Below are positions 1 through 13,577 of a DNA stretch of 64,000 bases, in pieces. Both the position numbers and the translations under genes were made by a program. The stretch is from contig NC_088857.1 of NCBI RefSeq assembly GCF_963853765.1, positions 36,518,001-36,582,000 on the forward strand, in the 5' to 3' direction. The DNA comes from Magallana gigas (taxonomy: Eukaryota). Below the pieces are notes generated by a model. The model worked only from the letters and a program-made list of their open reading frames with translations, did not search any database and had not been told where the DNA came from. Position 1 is the first letter of the stretch; the number at the start of each line of letters is the position of its first letter.

Positions 1-112
1 TCGTTTTCCCTGTTACTGTAAATGTGGATGTAATCACTTGAAGGTTGAATGCTTTGCCATCTTAACTGAAGACTGTTGGGTCTGCAATATTTTCACCACA
101 CATTTTCAGCCA

Positions 113-318
113 CTGTAAATTCCTTATTTTACGCGAGTACTTAATTCCGCGATCCCGCTGTTTTGCGAGAACATGAAATCGTGAATGGAGAACTTTTTCC
201 TTATTTCTTATAGTTTTTAACTTACAAAAAATAATGGTGAGATTTTAAAATCCACGAAGGGTGCTTCTAGCGATTTTACGCTAATATTAATTCCTCGCAT
301 TTAATTAGGAATCTACAG
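113..318. mobile_element. MITE / non-autonomous DNA transposon (~205 bp) in a CAP intron
   Basis: Imperfect terminal inverted repeats: CTGTAAATTCCTTATTTTACGCGAG at 113 vs CTCGCATTTAATTAGGAATCTACAG ending at 318; no coding capacity. Confidence 0.65.
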
Positions 319-535
319 TAATGACAACTGTTCAAAAACAAAACCAAAAAAAAAAAACCCCACCCCTTCCCCTTTCTTTAATGTAAACCATGACATTGAA
401 ATCTATATGAACAAGAATTTCCACTTTTACAGTAATTGGAGGATGTTGCCGTTTTAATAGTTTTCATCCAAGTATGACCATATATGGATGGCTCCTTGTG
501 CTAACACATGATCTGTCTGAATGACCTAATTTCAG

Positions 536-684
536 GCTTGCGACACGTTTCCGATGCCAAGAAGACCCATAAGAACCCGAACCTTCGGCGCACCAGTCAA
601 GATAACGCTGATGGTGCCTCCTTTAAACCATTTTGTGATGAGCATTTTATCAAACTCTGTACCTTTATTCACATTTCAGTCTAG
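536..684 (+). CDS. Candidate alternative CAP exon encoding a second WH2 C-terminal half (G-LRHVSDAKKTHKNPNLRRTSQDNADG...)
   Basis: Acceptor tttcag| at 535 is phase 1, like the canonical exon at 3616. The peptide aligns with [18 protein letters not shown]. It ends either at a weak donor G|GTGCCT (613) or at TAG 682-684. Confidence 0.65.
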
Positions 685-1889
685 CTTATTATATTTGCTC
701 TCCATATTACTTCAAATTTAACTGAAAAGTTACTTTAAATTAAAAAATGCTAGGAACTACAGTGGAAACCAATCTAAGACACTAGCACTCTATGCATTTT
801 GTTCTTTTTAAATTAACTTTTACAGTTCTTTTCTGTTAATTGGTAATTAGGATTATTTCAAAGTTTTTTCTTTAAAGTTGATGTTTTAACTGACTTCTGT
901 GTAATGAAATTGAAATTCAATGTTTATTTATGACAATGCATTTTTGATGACTTCTCTTGCTTAAATGCATTTCATCAACTGACACAAATCAAATATCTTG
1001 CAATAACACATATATGAATACAGTAGTAACATTGGCTTCTTCATTTAAACTATTAAATTATGATACTATATAAGAATGCAATAGTATAAAGTAATTCTGA
1101 ATCATCAACTATCGGCATAAAAAAAAGTTTATTTCTATATTAGAATTAAATTTGGAAATAATAAATGTAGGTTTCCACTGTATTATGAGTAAATAAAGCT
1201 ACATTATAAAAACCAGAGTGCTAAAATATTCATCACATTTGCTTATACATATGTCATTATTAGAAAAAGTAGTAGATTTTCAATTTATGTGATTTAATTA
1301 AAATGTTGTGCACCTCTTTTCATGAAGCTTAATGTTTCATTTTCATCATTTTCTGCAACTAGCTCTCATTTTTTTCAATTTTCAAAAAACTGAAATGAGA
1401 TTCTCATATGGAAAGAATTTTAAAGTTAAATGAAAATTATTACTATTTTTTTTAATAATGAAGATTTTGAGATGAGGTGAACTTGTCTATGTTAAACAGA
1501 AGTTGCTTGTCTTATATTTATCACGAGGTCTTAAATTCATATATTTCAAAGCTAACTTGTTATAAAATTTACATGTGTTGTTCACATATCTAAGTCTTAC
1601 CTTTGTTATAAATGTTTATCCTTATAATATGAACTAAAAGTGGCTTTCATATATCCCATATATATAATCCCACAATTCTTAATAATATCATAAGAGTTTT
1701 TCTTTGTATTTTTGTGATAACATTTATTATATGGTGTATTTGAATCATAATTCATATCAGTATCTAGAACTAGGGCAATAATGTCACAATTTTTGTGAAC
1801 TGGGTCAAGAACTGGAATAAGAAACTTCATTAATTTCCATAACAAGAGGTGGGATCAAGATTTTGTTTTTGGTGCAGACGTTACAAGTA

Positions 1890-3054
1890 CAGAGGGTTCC
1901 GCTTAATCTGATAGTCAATTTGTCAGAGAAAAATTATCAGATTAACCGATTATTATATTAACCAATTTAGCGTTTTTGTGCTCTTTAATTTTGGTAAAGA
2001 ATAAAATACAACTTGTTTCAATACATAATTTATCAACAAAAAGATATAATCTGTTTTTCAATAGTTTGAAATGAAATAATTTACCTTGCATTAGCAATGA
2101 AATAGCATTTTAGCCGTTATTTTGTTTGTATATGCTCAAAAGAAAATGTTTCCCTTCATCACTGTTCATTACGATGGTTTCAATGTGGCGGCCATTTTGA
2201 CAGGAAGTAGTAAGAGGAAATGGCTATTTGTCTGAACATTCCCTCTTTTCACCTGGACAATTTATTTTAATTCTTTTTCTGGTATATAGAATGCTCTTAA
2301 ATAATTAATTATGCATGATAACAAATTATTTGAATTTTATTCATTAAGTTTTCTACCCCGATGTAAAATTGAGAGTAATCAGAATTTCCTCGATGTCACA
2401 TGTTCCCAAGCACTTTTGATTCAGAAATTACATGTTTAAATAATTCTTAATGGTTCAAGCCTAGCATGAAATTAACACAGGCAATTGGCAATTGGTACAT
2501 GAAAAAACAGTAAAATGTGTACACAGGTAAGGTCAGTCCTGTGTGCGGTCATCCGGAACAACTATCGATGTCGGTAGCTTTCATCTTACGAAGAAGTGAG
2601 CCACCCGTGTGTGTTGAAGTGAAACTAATGCCCTGTAAAGAGTTACTGTGTACACAAAAGGGGTGTCAACTAATTAAATAAAGGTGTTAGAGGGTGGGCT
2701 GAACTATCGATGTCGGTATCTTTCATCTATCGACCAGCTGACCATCTGTGTGCGTTGAGCTGTGACTAATCCCCTGAAGCACCCTTATTTGCAAGTTTTA
2801 GGCACGTGCCAAGCTGTTTACACAGTGAGAGGTTATACACGAAGTGGACATGGGGGAAGAGGTGTGAAAATGTTAACTGATATTTGATCGGCCGACAGAA
2901 ATCGTATCATATTAACCGAAAATGACATTTTTTTCAATCAGATTATCAGTTGAAATTACAAAGGCTTATATAGCAAATGGATCGGTGTTTTGATTTTATA
3001 TCAGATTAACCGAATAATCACATTAACCGCGATCAGATTAAGTGGAACCCTCTG
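1890..3054. mobile_element. Non-autonomous Tc1/mariner(pogo)-type DNA transposon, ~1165 bp
   Basis: TIRs CAGAGGGTTCCGCTTAATCTGAT (1890) and ATCAGATTAAGTGGAACCCTCTG (ending 3054), flanked by TA on both sides (1888-89, 3055-56); no transposase ORF. Confidence 0.8.
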
Positions 3055-3615
3055 TATTACAAACCAACAACAGAAAACAAGCCATATTTATACTTGTCGG
3101 TACATGTATCAAAATTTTCGTAAAAATCTTATGAATGTATTTTGAACATGATGCAAAACAAGGAAATGTTGTTTTACAAGCTGTCTTCCTCCTTGCTTGG
3201 TTTCCTTTGCTGTAGTAAATTTGCAATTTGATTTAAATGAAAAGCAAAACAAAATCAGCTAAAATTCATTTTCCCCATGTTATTCTGCATTTCATACAAG
3301 TTTTTGGCTTGTTTTCCAAACATAATATTAATGTCTTTAGATTCCCTTGAATGAACTGGATTTATTGTTCATGCAAAGAACCATGTTATCTATATCAGTG
3401 AGAGCATGTTTAATGATGGGCATGTGTGTTTTTTAATAACAGGTGTCTTTTTTTCTTTTTAAGATTGCCTTAGTCTCTAAAACTCAAAACAACCATCAGA
3501 ATTCAGGAACTGACTTTGCATGCTAGATCTCTGTTCAATGAACTGTGTCTGAATAATGCGGGAAAGAAGCTGAGAGTTTTTTTCAAGAGCACATTTTTCA
3601 CCTTGAATTTTGCAG

Positions 3616-5933
3616 GACTGAAGAAGGTCACAGATGATATGAAGACTCATAAAAACCCAACATTACGTCAAGGCCCTAAACCCTTCAAAGCCGCTGCCCC
3701 ACAGACAGCCCCCAAGCCTGGCAAGCTGGCAGTGCAGGCCCCTGCAGCTGCCGCCAAGAAACCGCCAGTGTTTGAACTCCAGGACAAACGTTGGGCCATT
3801 GTAAGTAAATGTATATGCAGAGCAGTTTGTTCATGTTTTGTGAACAGCTTGTCAAAACGTTCATATTCAATGAAAGGCAATAAACTTTGCAGTTATATTG
3901 CTTTTCATTCAGAAGAATAATTTTTTTCCATGAATTTCAAGATTGAACTACTTATATATTTGCTTTAAGGACAGTGATCCTCATAGTTATTTCCAGTCAT
4001 TAATGTGGAAGACAATGAACCTTGTAGATATTGCTTTTTACAAATATTAGAAGAATTCTCCATTTTTGTTTGAAAATTGATAATTTGAAAGAACGATGAA
4101 CCTTGTAGATATTGTTTATAAAATAAACTAGATGACCTCCTTTCGCACACAGGATTTTAAAAATTTGCATGCTCATTTTTCTAGATTACAATGCTCTCTT
4201 TTAACATTTTGAAGATGTAAGTATGACAAATTATAATTATTAAGAGATGAAAAAAAATAAGGATCTAAATGTAAATTTTGAAATGCAAGACTATTCTCTG
4301 AACAGGAATATCAAGAGGGTAACAAGAACATTGAGGTAGCCGACACCAATCTCAAGCAGACCGTGTATGCATTCAAGTGCAACAACTGTGTCATCAAAGT
4401 AAAAAACAAGCTCAACTCTATCACACTGGGTAAAGGCCAGAGATAATTCTGATTTTTTTTATTAAGTTAATTAGAATTTTTTTTTACTGTGACAGTTATT
4501 AAAGAACCAGTTTAAGGTGGTATGGGACACCTCCACATTGTGACATACTGTTCATCAAAATAAACAATGAAATCAAATGTAATTGTATAAACAATTTCTT
4601 TCTCGAATTAGAACACTAACAGAGTAGTGCAGGGGGTTAGAAGGTTTGCTGGGAATCTGTAAGTCATGAGTTTGAATCCCGTTGGGGTTTTTAAAACTTT
4701 TAAAACAAAAAATTTTAAAAGGTATTTCTTGGTTAAATATTGTAAAATTTAAAAGTTCTAAACCGGTAAAAGTAGTATAATTATAATGTACTTTAATCAA
4801 CTTTAATATCGACAGATGTCCCATACCACCATAAGAAAAGAGAAGAATTAGTTACATGCAAGCAGTTTTTGGAGCATTTGCAGCATGTTTTTGTGATCAA
4901 TCACACAATAACATATAAATTATACAATAAAACACTTATATTGAAGAGCCAGTGACGGGCAAATTTACTTTGTTATAAAAGTAATTTGTTATATCCGTCA
5001 AGTTTACGACATGCAATAAAGTCTCAGGGAATGAAATTGACTTCGCTGTAAGCGTCAATTTATTATTAGGGTGTTTGCTATAACCGTGTTTTCCTGTATA
5101 TGTGACTGACTTTCAGGTATTCAATGGACTTTGTATTGTTTGTTTTGTAATTACAGATAGCTGCAAGAAAACTGCTATTGTCTTTGATGACGTCGTTTCC
5201 TCACTAGAGTTCATCAACTGCCAAAGTGTTCAAGGACAGGTAAGATGGGTCAAGGTCGAATTTGTAAACAAAATTGCCCAGTCACATTACTGTTTGACAA
5301 CACATTTAATAGAATTATTATAATGAGGTTTTTAAAATAATACATATTGCAATCTCTATGTGATATATATATTTCATTTCAGGTGATGGGTAAAGTTCCG
5401 ACCATCAGCATTGACAAGACAGATGGTTGTCTCATCTACCTTAGCAAGGACTCCCTCGATACAGAAATAGTCACCGCTAAGTCCTCAGAGATGAATGTCC
5501 TTGTTCCTAAGGATGACGGGGACTTTGTGAGTATTTTCTTTTTAATCACATAGTCTGGTAAAATATGATGTAACAACAATTGTTTTATTAACCTTATTTA
5601 ATCTTTCAAGTTTGCCAAACTATATCAATTTTCCCTACAAATGAGTAGATAGAAAGGGTAATTTAGATATAAAACTGTTTATCATTATATCATAGGGAAA
5701 AGAATAGATGAAATTAGGATATTAGATCAAGAATTTTTTTAACATGTTTTCTTTAGCCCTTATAAAGTTTGATTTTTTTTTTCACTTTAATGATATACTA
5801 AAAGATTCGCAAATTTTTTAAATATGTTTGTTATCTGTGTTTTCTCTTGTAGACTGAATTCGCCTTGCCAGAACAATTTAAAACAACCTGGGATGGCTCC
5901 AAATTTAATACTGTTCAGACTGATATAGCGTAA
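3616..5933 (+). CDS. CAP1: Adenylyl cyclase-associated protein (CAP/Srv2), 3' part: WH2 end, Pro/Ala linker, CARP domain; 5' exons lie upstream of the window
   Basis: Exons 3616-3800, 4306-4429, 5157-5239, 5383-5526, 5853-5933 (TAA), all GT-AG and frame-consistent. Motifs [65 protein letters not shown] are typical of the CAP C-terminus. Confidence 0.95.
4516..4830. mobile_element. Kolobok/TTAA-type MITE with a tRNA-like internal segment
   Basis: TTAA|GGTGGTATGGGACAC ... GATGTCCCATACCACC|ATAA inverted ends. Internal 4620-4690 resembles a tRNA-derived head (AGTGCAGGGGGTTAGA...GAGTTTGAATCCCG). Related inverted pieces occur at ~52870-52920 and ~54500-54650. Confidence 0.7.
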
Positions 5934-6969
5934 GCCATTAGAAGCTGCAGTAAAGGGAAGGGGTTCTTGCACCATTCCGTCACATCATGGACCATGCTTT
6001 ACATAACGCCGATATTGTTTTGTGCGATTCTGAACAGCTAGTATTTAGTTAAATCAATGTAAAACAAGAAATATATAAAAGTAGTGAAAGTACTGGAAAT
6101 ACCAGTATGCAAGTCTTTGATTATGCAATGATTGTTCAAGAAATGCAGTATTTTATTTTTCATTGTTATTAAGGGTATCTAAATCTTTAATTTGTGTACG
6201 AACACGTAATTTTTATTTCAAGTTACATTAAAATGCATGGCATTTAAAATGTAACTTGTGTTGAACATATGTTTTGATTTAAATTTAATTCTAACACATT
6301 ATCTGTTATTAATATGTTACATTTTAAGATGGATTCAAACTATCAAATCTTCACAAAAATCTATTAACACATTATTTATGATGTCAAATCTTAGGAAAAT
6401 GCTTGTATCGTTAAAGTGAAATTCTGTGTTGAAGTTGTTAGCAATGGAATAATTGCTTAGTCCTATAAAGTCTGAAAAAAATTGTTCATCCATTTTGTTA
6501 AAGTATTTCAAGGACTTGAATATTCTTTGCAATACCAAACCATATTATTGGCGAATGATTGTATATCTAGATCAAGTTTGAGAATGAATTTATCAATGCG
6601 TAGGATGCATTTACAGAAATATGGAATGCCGGTAGGTTACAGTGTGTTATTGAGGAGGAAATTGAACAAAATGGTGCTATGAAAGTGGATATTATATCAT
6701 AGAATTTTGTCTCTTTTGTTTTTCCTTTGGTATGTTTTTAGCAGGCTACAAACATTTTTATTTGTTTGACATATCTTCCATTACAGTGTATAATGAACAA
6801 CACACCAATTCCATGTATCTGTTCAATTAAGTCTCTGTTTAGAACATTTATATTATTGTTTCTTTTTCTTTTGTCTTGTGTAAGCTTTTTCTAAATTCAC
6901 TATCACTAATAAAGATATCAGTATTCAAAGATGATGATTTATTTAAATGTTGCATGTTTGGGTTTAGAA

Positions 6970-7400
6970 GTGCATGGACACTATTTTCGTCAAATTTTAT
7001 TGTTTACAGGGCTTTAGAAATGCATTCTAATGGTCTACAAAATATTTAGTGTCAGTCTTGAAATTATAAGCAGTCTTAGAGTCATAAATAAGATACAGTG
7101 CTCATAATTCATTGCTATGTGAATAAGGTTCATGCCCTGTTTTTGATTACGTTGGCTCAATATACTGGTAAAAGTTCTTCTTCAAGCTGATTTTTCTATC
7201 TGCTGATTCGTTTTGAGCATAGATAAAACTAAACTTGGAATTTTCTTAGTCAGCATTTTTAAAAAATGTAAACGAAAAATTGTGAGCTCTGTATATCACT
7301 TAAAACTCGACGACTGACACTCAAATTTTTGTTGACTATTGGAATGCTTACTGAAGCATTGCAGTTAAAACGGGGAACATTTAACATACTTGGATTAAGA
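6970..7400. mobile_element. Degenerate palindromic MITE
   Basis: Long imperfect inverted arms (TTTAGTGTCAGTC... vs ...GACTGACACTCAAATT; CAGTGCTCATAATT vs AATTGTGAGCTCTG). Similar to the element at 18843-19200. Boundaries approximate. Confidence 0.5.
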
Positions 7401-7638
7401 TTCGTTTTCTGATTTTAATCATAAATCCCTCCAATATTAGTATATGTTATCACAAGGACGCCAAAAGATGGTGGCAAGGATACTTTGTAACCTCAAATGA
7501 CCTTGTATATTGCCTGTTGAATAATATTGTGTTCTTTACAAAACAAGTTCATAATATATAGAACTAGTCTGGCTGGCTTCAAGCATCTTGAATTATTAAA
7601 TTGGTATATGAGAAACCTCGGCTAGATATGATAATATT

Positions 7639-8585
7639 AACAAAAGACCCATGGGCCACATTGCTCACTTGAACAACAGTTGTTGTATCTCTTTCTAAAA
7701 TTTTAATAAAATATCTAACTCTTCTAAAATACTGTTAAATTCACAAAAATTCTCACATGTTCTAAGATTTCAATACATAAATACAATACCCCGGTATATA
7801 AAAAGAAACTCATAAAAACATACTTTTTTGGCATATCTTTAGTTTCAAGATGCATTAAATGACCAATATTATTATTAATTATGGAGGCTAGGTAATGAAC
7901 CATTTTATTTATATGTAGATAATAATAGGATTGGAAAACAAATATTGGTCAAAAGCGAAGCGTAGGTTACCATGACTTATTTTAGAATAAAGATAAAACA
8001 AAATTGTAAGATTTATCCAAGTATGATGATCATTGACCTTATCATATAAGTTAAAGATCCAACTAAAATAGTTTTTTAAATACAAAAGGTCGTTCACTGT
8101 GACCTTGATATAAGGATTTGAAGACATGAGAATGCTTGCATTGTAATATCACAAATTGTAGCATTGTAGTTCTTGAGAAGGTCTGAAACATTTTCCCCCG
8201 AGATATTTTTGTGGTAAACTTTGAACACCTCCTGTGGCCCTAGTATTGGTCCTGAGGTTATGGTTTTAAGAAATTACTCTATAAACAGAAGCTTTTATGT
8301 AAATATGTATTGTCACTTATGATGCAGTGGTTCTAGAGAAGAAGATTTTCCAAGACATACACTCCACTTTCACTGTTTCATATCTCTTTACAATAGAGAT
8401 TTTCATTTCCATAAGGATGCTTTGTACCAAGTTTGGTAAAATTTGGTTCAATGGTTCTAGCGAAGAAGTAAATAATGTGAAAAGTTTACAGATTGACGGT
8501 CAGACAGACGAACGTACGACGGGCAGCAATCTAGATGATAAGAAAAGGTCACTTGAATCAAAGGTTTACGCAGGTGAGCTATAAA
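7639..8585 (+). mobile_element. Helentron/HINE-type non-autonomous element (degenerate)
   Basis: The 5' end AACAAAAGACCCATGGGCCACATTGCTCACTTGAAC matches the start of 59435-60529. The 3' end has GACA-type microsatellite remnants and a GGTCACTTGA...CAGGTGAGCTA palindrome. Confidence 0.7.
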
Positions 8586-9946
8586 GAAAAGTAAATCACA
8601 ATGGCTACCATATTGTAAAGTACATTTTATAATTTCATTATGCTGTATTTTATTTTCTTATTACAGTTATGTGACATGCATACTGTGTATCTATTTTATT
8701 TTACCTAAAGCAGAATGTTCTCGAGAATATTAATTTTTTGTGAAAAGTTTATGAGATATTAAACCAAATTTTAGATGTAGTTTTGAGATTGGAGAGCGTA
8801 TAGATGTGTTATCAGTTAAATCAATCGATTATGAAAATGACGTAATGAGAAGATGTGATGCGCATTTATCAGTTTGTATTGATATTGTCATGTTGTAAAG
8901 TTTGAATTTAACAAATTTTGTACATACTGCTAACCGATTAATTAAAAAATTTACAACATGACAATATATTTACTGTACCAAACTTATTACAACGCTCAAA
9001 ATCGATCTTTTAATAAATATTCATACTAGTGGTCAACAAAATTTTTGTGGCAAAAAATGCTATCAAATTTGATATTCTTTTAAATTTTCACTGGATTATT
9101 TATCCTATTGTATGTACATATACTGTATCCTCATTATTTACCATATAGACAAAGAAGTAGAGAGAAATTCGCCTACTTATGAAAATCGACATGCCAGATT
9201 TCAAAACTAATGAAAATCTTATCTTTTTTATAATACATGTAAATAGAGACGGACAAAGTCCGGATAGATCTAGGTTTCTGTAATTAATCAAGTAAAACTT
9301 TGTCCTACCTGAACGACTTTCAAATTAAATAATTCATGCATAAAACCATGGATTTGACAACAACAAAATGGGTTAATGAGTTTTAGTACAGATATAAATT
9401 TCTTTTTAGAAGTTTTAATAAAATGCGTGCAAAGAGTTCCAGAATTTTCAGAAACGAACTCAGTGTGTTGAATAAGCAGAATACGGTTACGTAATTTTCT
9501 TTACAAAATACTGTTGGTTCCATACAAAGAATGTAAATCTGTACACTTAATTCTGTCTATAGCCTCAAAATACAAATTAAATATATTATTTCATATGTAA
9601 GTGACCATTAGTAAAATGCACGAAATACATAGTATCACTTAGTGCGCAAATTTTATTGTTTAGAATAAAAATAAACTTTGAATTAACTGTGCATAGTTTT
9701 CAGTAATCAAACTTCGATACAACCTCAAATCTTTATAATTATGCAAATCGCTTAGCTTGAACACGTTTGATTTGTGTGAAGCTGTCTAATAGTTTTTCTT
9801 CAGGGTTTATCTTTAAATCTTTAACGATTAACCTTCTGCATATCTTCATTTAAATAACTAGTTAGAACTATTAAGATAATAAGCGCTTTCGGTGTAAACA
9901 AACTACCTAATATTAATGAACACATTCTAAATTAACAGCAGCTATC

Positions 9947-12417
9947 ATGGGGAAAATGTTGGCTTGGATTATTTTGTTTGTAGTGGGATGTTGCGCGGAA
10001 GATCAAGATTCAGATGGGTTTTTGAAGGTATTTTTATTTTTTTTTTTAATTAAAAATCATTCAATTCTTTGTTGATTTTGCAATTCATTTTTATTGCTCA
10101 CTTTTTTAAAACAAAATTTCTGTTGTTGACAGAGTAATAACCCCAATTAATTATGGAGATAAAAAGGGACTAGCATTCCTAAATGTAATTTCCACAAAAT
10201 AACTTCCAAAATGCAAACAATGAATAATGATAGAACCATTTTAACAAGACCTTGGACTTTCAGTTGCGCGTAGCTATCTATTCCTTGCGTCAAAACAAAT
10301 TAAAAATGACGTGGTTTCAAACGAAATATACACAGATTGCGTAGTCTTGGCTCAAAAGCCAAACAAATCTTGCATGATTTCAAAGAGCCATTACTGAGTG
10401 GCCAGCAATGAAATAGACAGGCCTACGTCACATTGCTGTTTGACACAACTACCCAAAGTCCAAGCTCTTGTTAAAATGGTTCTAAATACTATCGACTGGA
10501 TTGCCAAATAATTAATAATTTGCGTTATTTTCGGATATATTGGCTATTTTACTGTGTAATGAAGCCCTTCAAAGGATGCATCTTTTAATATATTAAAATC
10601 AATGGCTCGAAACACATGGTCATTGTACATGTATATTCATACAGGATCTGTTGTGTTCTTTTTTACACTAAATGCGAGCATTTAATTTTGTATTATTTAG
10701 ATTTCTCTCGGTTTCTTGAAAACTTGTTTTTATTGATCATTAACCTGTATTTGTATATGCAACTGAGAGATTTTAAAAGAAAGTTGTTTGCCGTGCCCTT
10801 ACTGAAAGGATAAGTTTTCAGAGGTCAACTATCCAACAGTTTTAAGATTTCGTTACTCTTGAATCGTTGAATGATTTTTTTCAAATTTTAGCTTTTCATC
10901 GTATATGCTCAGTATAATAAATCATATATGAAATGTGTTTATTTGACAGGCTCACAATATTATCAGGCGCTTTGAGTACGCTGCTAACATGAAAGAAATG
11001 GTAGGTTTTGGGTAAAAAAAATATGACATCGCTCTCGAGGCGTAAACAACCTATGTTACAAGAACTAGAATAATTTGACTGCAGATTCAAAAATCTTTAA
11101 CCAATATATTTCATAAATATCAATATCATTTAAAACTTTTAAGGAATAACCAATTGATTTTTTTTAGAAGTGGGACGAAGATTTGGCATCACTGGCGGAA
11201 GGGTGGGCCAAATCTTGCGTCAGGGGCCACAACCAGAATAGAGAGACTCGAGAGTTCAAAAAGGTCGGCGAGAACATATACCGAAATACACGTAAGGGTC
11301 TTTAACATTAATGTTTAATCATAAGAATCTAGTTTTACATGATAAGTTTAATTTAAGTTGAAAATAATTTGGAAGGGGTGGCAATTTTTTTTTCACATTT
11401 ATACATTGGTTTTTACCCGTCGACTTAATTAACGTTAAGACTAAAAGTCTTCTGTGAATGAGTATTCCTAGCATATTTTTTGTCAACAAGAATAAAATAA
11501 AAAATTTCAGGTAGAAAGTCTGGTTTTGATGCCGTAGTGAGCTGGTTTAAAGAGAAGTCTTCATATAACTTAATGGAGGGCAGCTGCAGCGGAGTATGTG
11601 GTCATTACACACAGGTAGAGCACCACGGTTACTTACATGTTGTAGGGCTACAGGTCTCGCACAAACCGTTTTGTTTATCTCGATCACCTGTATATCTTCT
11701 GTAGGTGGTTTGGGCGGACTCGGAATATTTGGGTTGTGCTGTTGCCTTCTGCCCGAAGTTCTTCAGAGGAAGAGGGGGTTACAATTATGTTTGTAACTAC
11801 GGACCAAGGTAATCTGTGCAAAACATTACATGATATGTCTATAAATGAGTGGACAAAATCGTTTAATCTTTATCCACACTTTATCCAAGTTTTGTTTACC
11901 AAAATAATTCTTTTCTTTTTCTTTGAGAACTTTTAATCAAAATATTGGTCTTTAATAGTATCTCAAGGTAAAAAGAATATTTGTAGAGAAAAAAGCAAAG
12001 TATAGAAAGTAAAATTACGTTGAGAAAAAAAGACTTGGAATCAACGAAGTTACAGACAAACGAAGCATTTTTAAATCAAAATTTCCTTTTTTATTCAACC
12101 AATGAAATGAAACCACGGATTATTTGACACATTTCCCCTTTCAAACACCACCGTCATTCCTAAATGACCCCTCATTCATGATCAATTGAAGAAAACTCGC
12201 GCACCTTCTAGATGAGCTTCATTTAGCATATAAACTTAAGAACGCGGCTTAGAAATTCATTATCGATCCATAATTAATGTTGCTGCATTTATACAAACCG
12301 CAAATATTCTTTAGGGGCAACTGGAGAGGGAAGAAGCCATACGTTCCCGGTATTCCATGCAGCAGCTGCCCCCTGGGCTACGGATGTCCGAGGGGTGTGT
12401 GTGCCAAGGAGTCATGA
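9947..12417 (+). CDS. Secreted CRISP/Antigen5/PR-1 (SCP) domain protein, paralog A (GLIPR1/PI16-like)
   Basis: Exons 9947-10027, 10950-11000, 11168-11291, 11511-11614, 11705-11808, 12315-12417 (TGA). Signal peptide MGKMLAWIILFVVGCCA; motifs AHNIIR, GENIY, CGHYTQVVW, YVCNYGPRGN; C-terminal CxxC-C-C hinge. Frame intact. Confidence 0.93.
10233..10482. mobile_element. MITE (~250 bp) in intron 1 of SCP paralog A
   Basis: TIRs GAACCATTTTAACAAGACCTTGGACTTT / AAAGTCCAAGCTCTTGTTAAAATGGTTC with TA flanks. Confidence 0.75.
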
Positions 12418-13577
12418 GGCTTGGTAATGCAAAGCAGGCAGCTCCCAGGTCAAAAAGGACGTGTGATTTGAAAAATAAATCAATTACTGAAAAGTTTATA
12501 TAACACACGGCCTTGATGTTTTTTTTTTATTTTTACGACCATTTTATTGAATTGATATTGGCATATTATCTATAAAGTTACAATGTGGGTTTCTTGTTAT
12601 TCTGTAATCCCGTGTGATATACATGTACATGTGCATTTGATGTACGGGACTGGAGGATGTTGTTAATTAAACAAATTAATGCAATCTACGAAACATAATT
12701 GTTTAAGATTTTTCTACTTATGTTTATGCTAATGTTTTATGCAAAAAAAATATTAAAGCATTAAACATATTATTCATTAACCTAGCGACAAAAAGAACTG
12801 TAGATTGTTTAAATATGCCGCTGCCGAGAGCAACAACTTTCCTATGACCTAAAATGGATAAAAATATGGCGATGGTAATGCAGTCCTGATCGAGAAACAA
12901 AATGGAAACAAAGTCGTGTTAATTGTTAAATGTGCTTTCTTGTTCAATGTTTGAGTTATCTATACATAATATTAACAATATTCTAATTAGGAAAACAAGT
13001 AGAAAGTATAGGTGTCAGAGATTAGCGTGTACGATATTTGGTGGAATGATTTTTCAACAAGTATGTTCTACATGATTTAATCTGTTTTGACACAAAGTCC
13101 GTATATATTTTCAAAACTTGTCTCTGAATGGAAAGAAAGATCAGTTGTCCCATTTTGTAAATTTTGTATTTACTGGGTGGCAGTCAAACAACACGACATC
13201 TTGTGTTTTTGTTTTTATTGCTATCCAGTAAATTTGCGGATTTAAAAAAATGCTTATGAAATTGTGGTTAATTTATGCATCTGCCTAGTTTAGCCTGTTT
13301 TTCAATCATTTAATTTCGGTTGTTTCGTCTTGTTACAGCTAGAAGCAACTTAATTTCAATAACTTTCTACGCAATGTATTGGTAATGCTGGAGCTCGGGG
13401 ACAAACAAAAATTAATTTATTGCATAGCGCACGTGTGCAACGGTCACGCTTGCAGGTATCGTAACAATATTCATTTGTAAAATGGAGGTAAGGTGGAGTT
13501 ATTGATTTTAAAAGATTATGGAACTTAATAAGTATATACAATCATCATCAACGACTTTATAAAAATTTAGGGGTATA

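Noticed and set aside
4617-4690. tRNA-like sequence (also ~36120-36170, ~52870-52920, ~54500-54590)
   Set aside because: No complete cloverleaf or acceptor stem can be formed, and the first lies inside a MITE; these are tRNA-derived repeat fragments, not tRNA genes.
11511-11614. Possible pseudogenisation of SCP paralog A (most divergent copy)
   Set aside because: On re-reading, the exon translates cleanly ([19 protein letters not shown]); all six exons are in frame with canonical splice sites.
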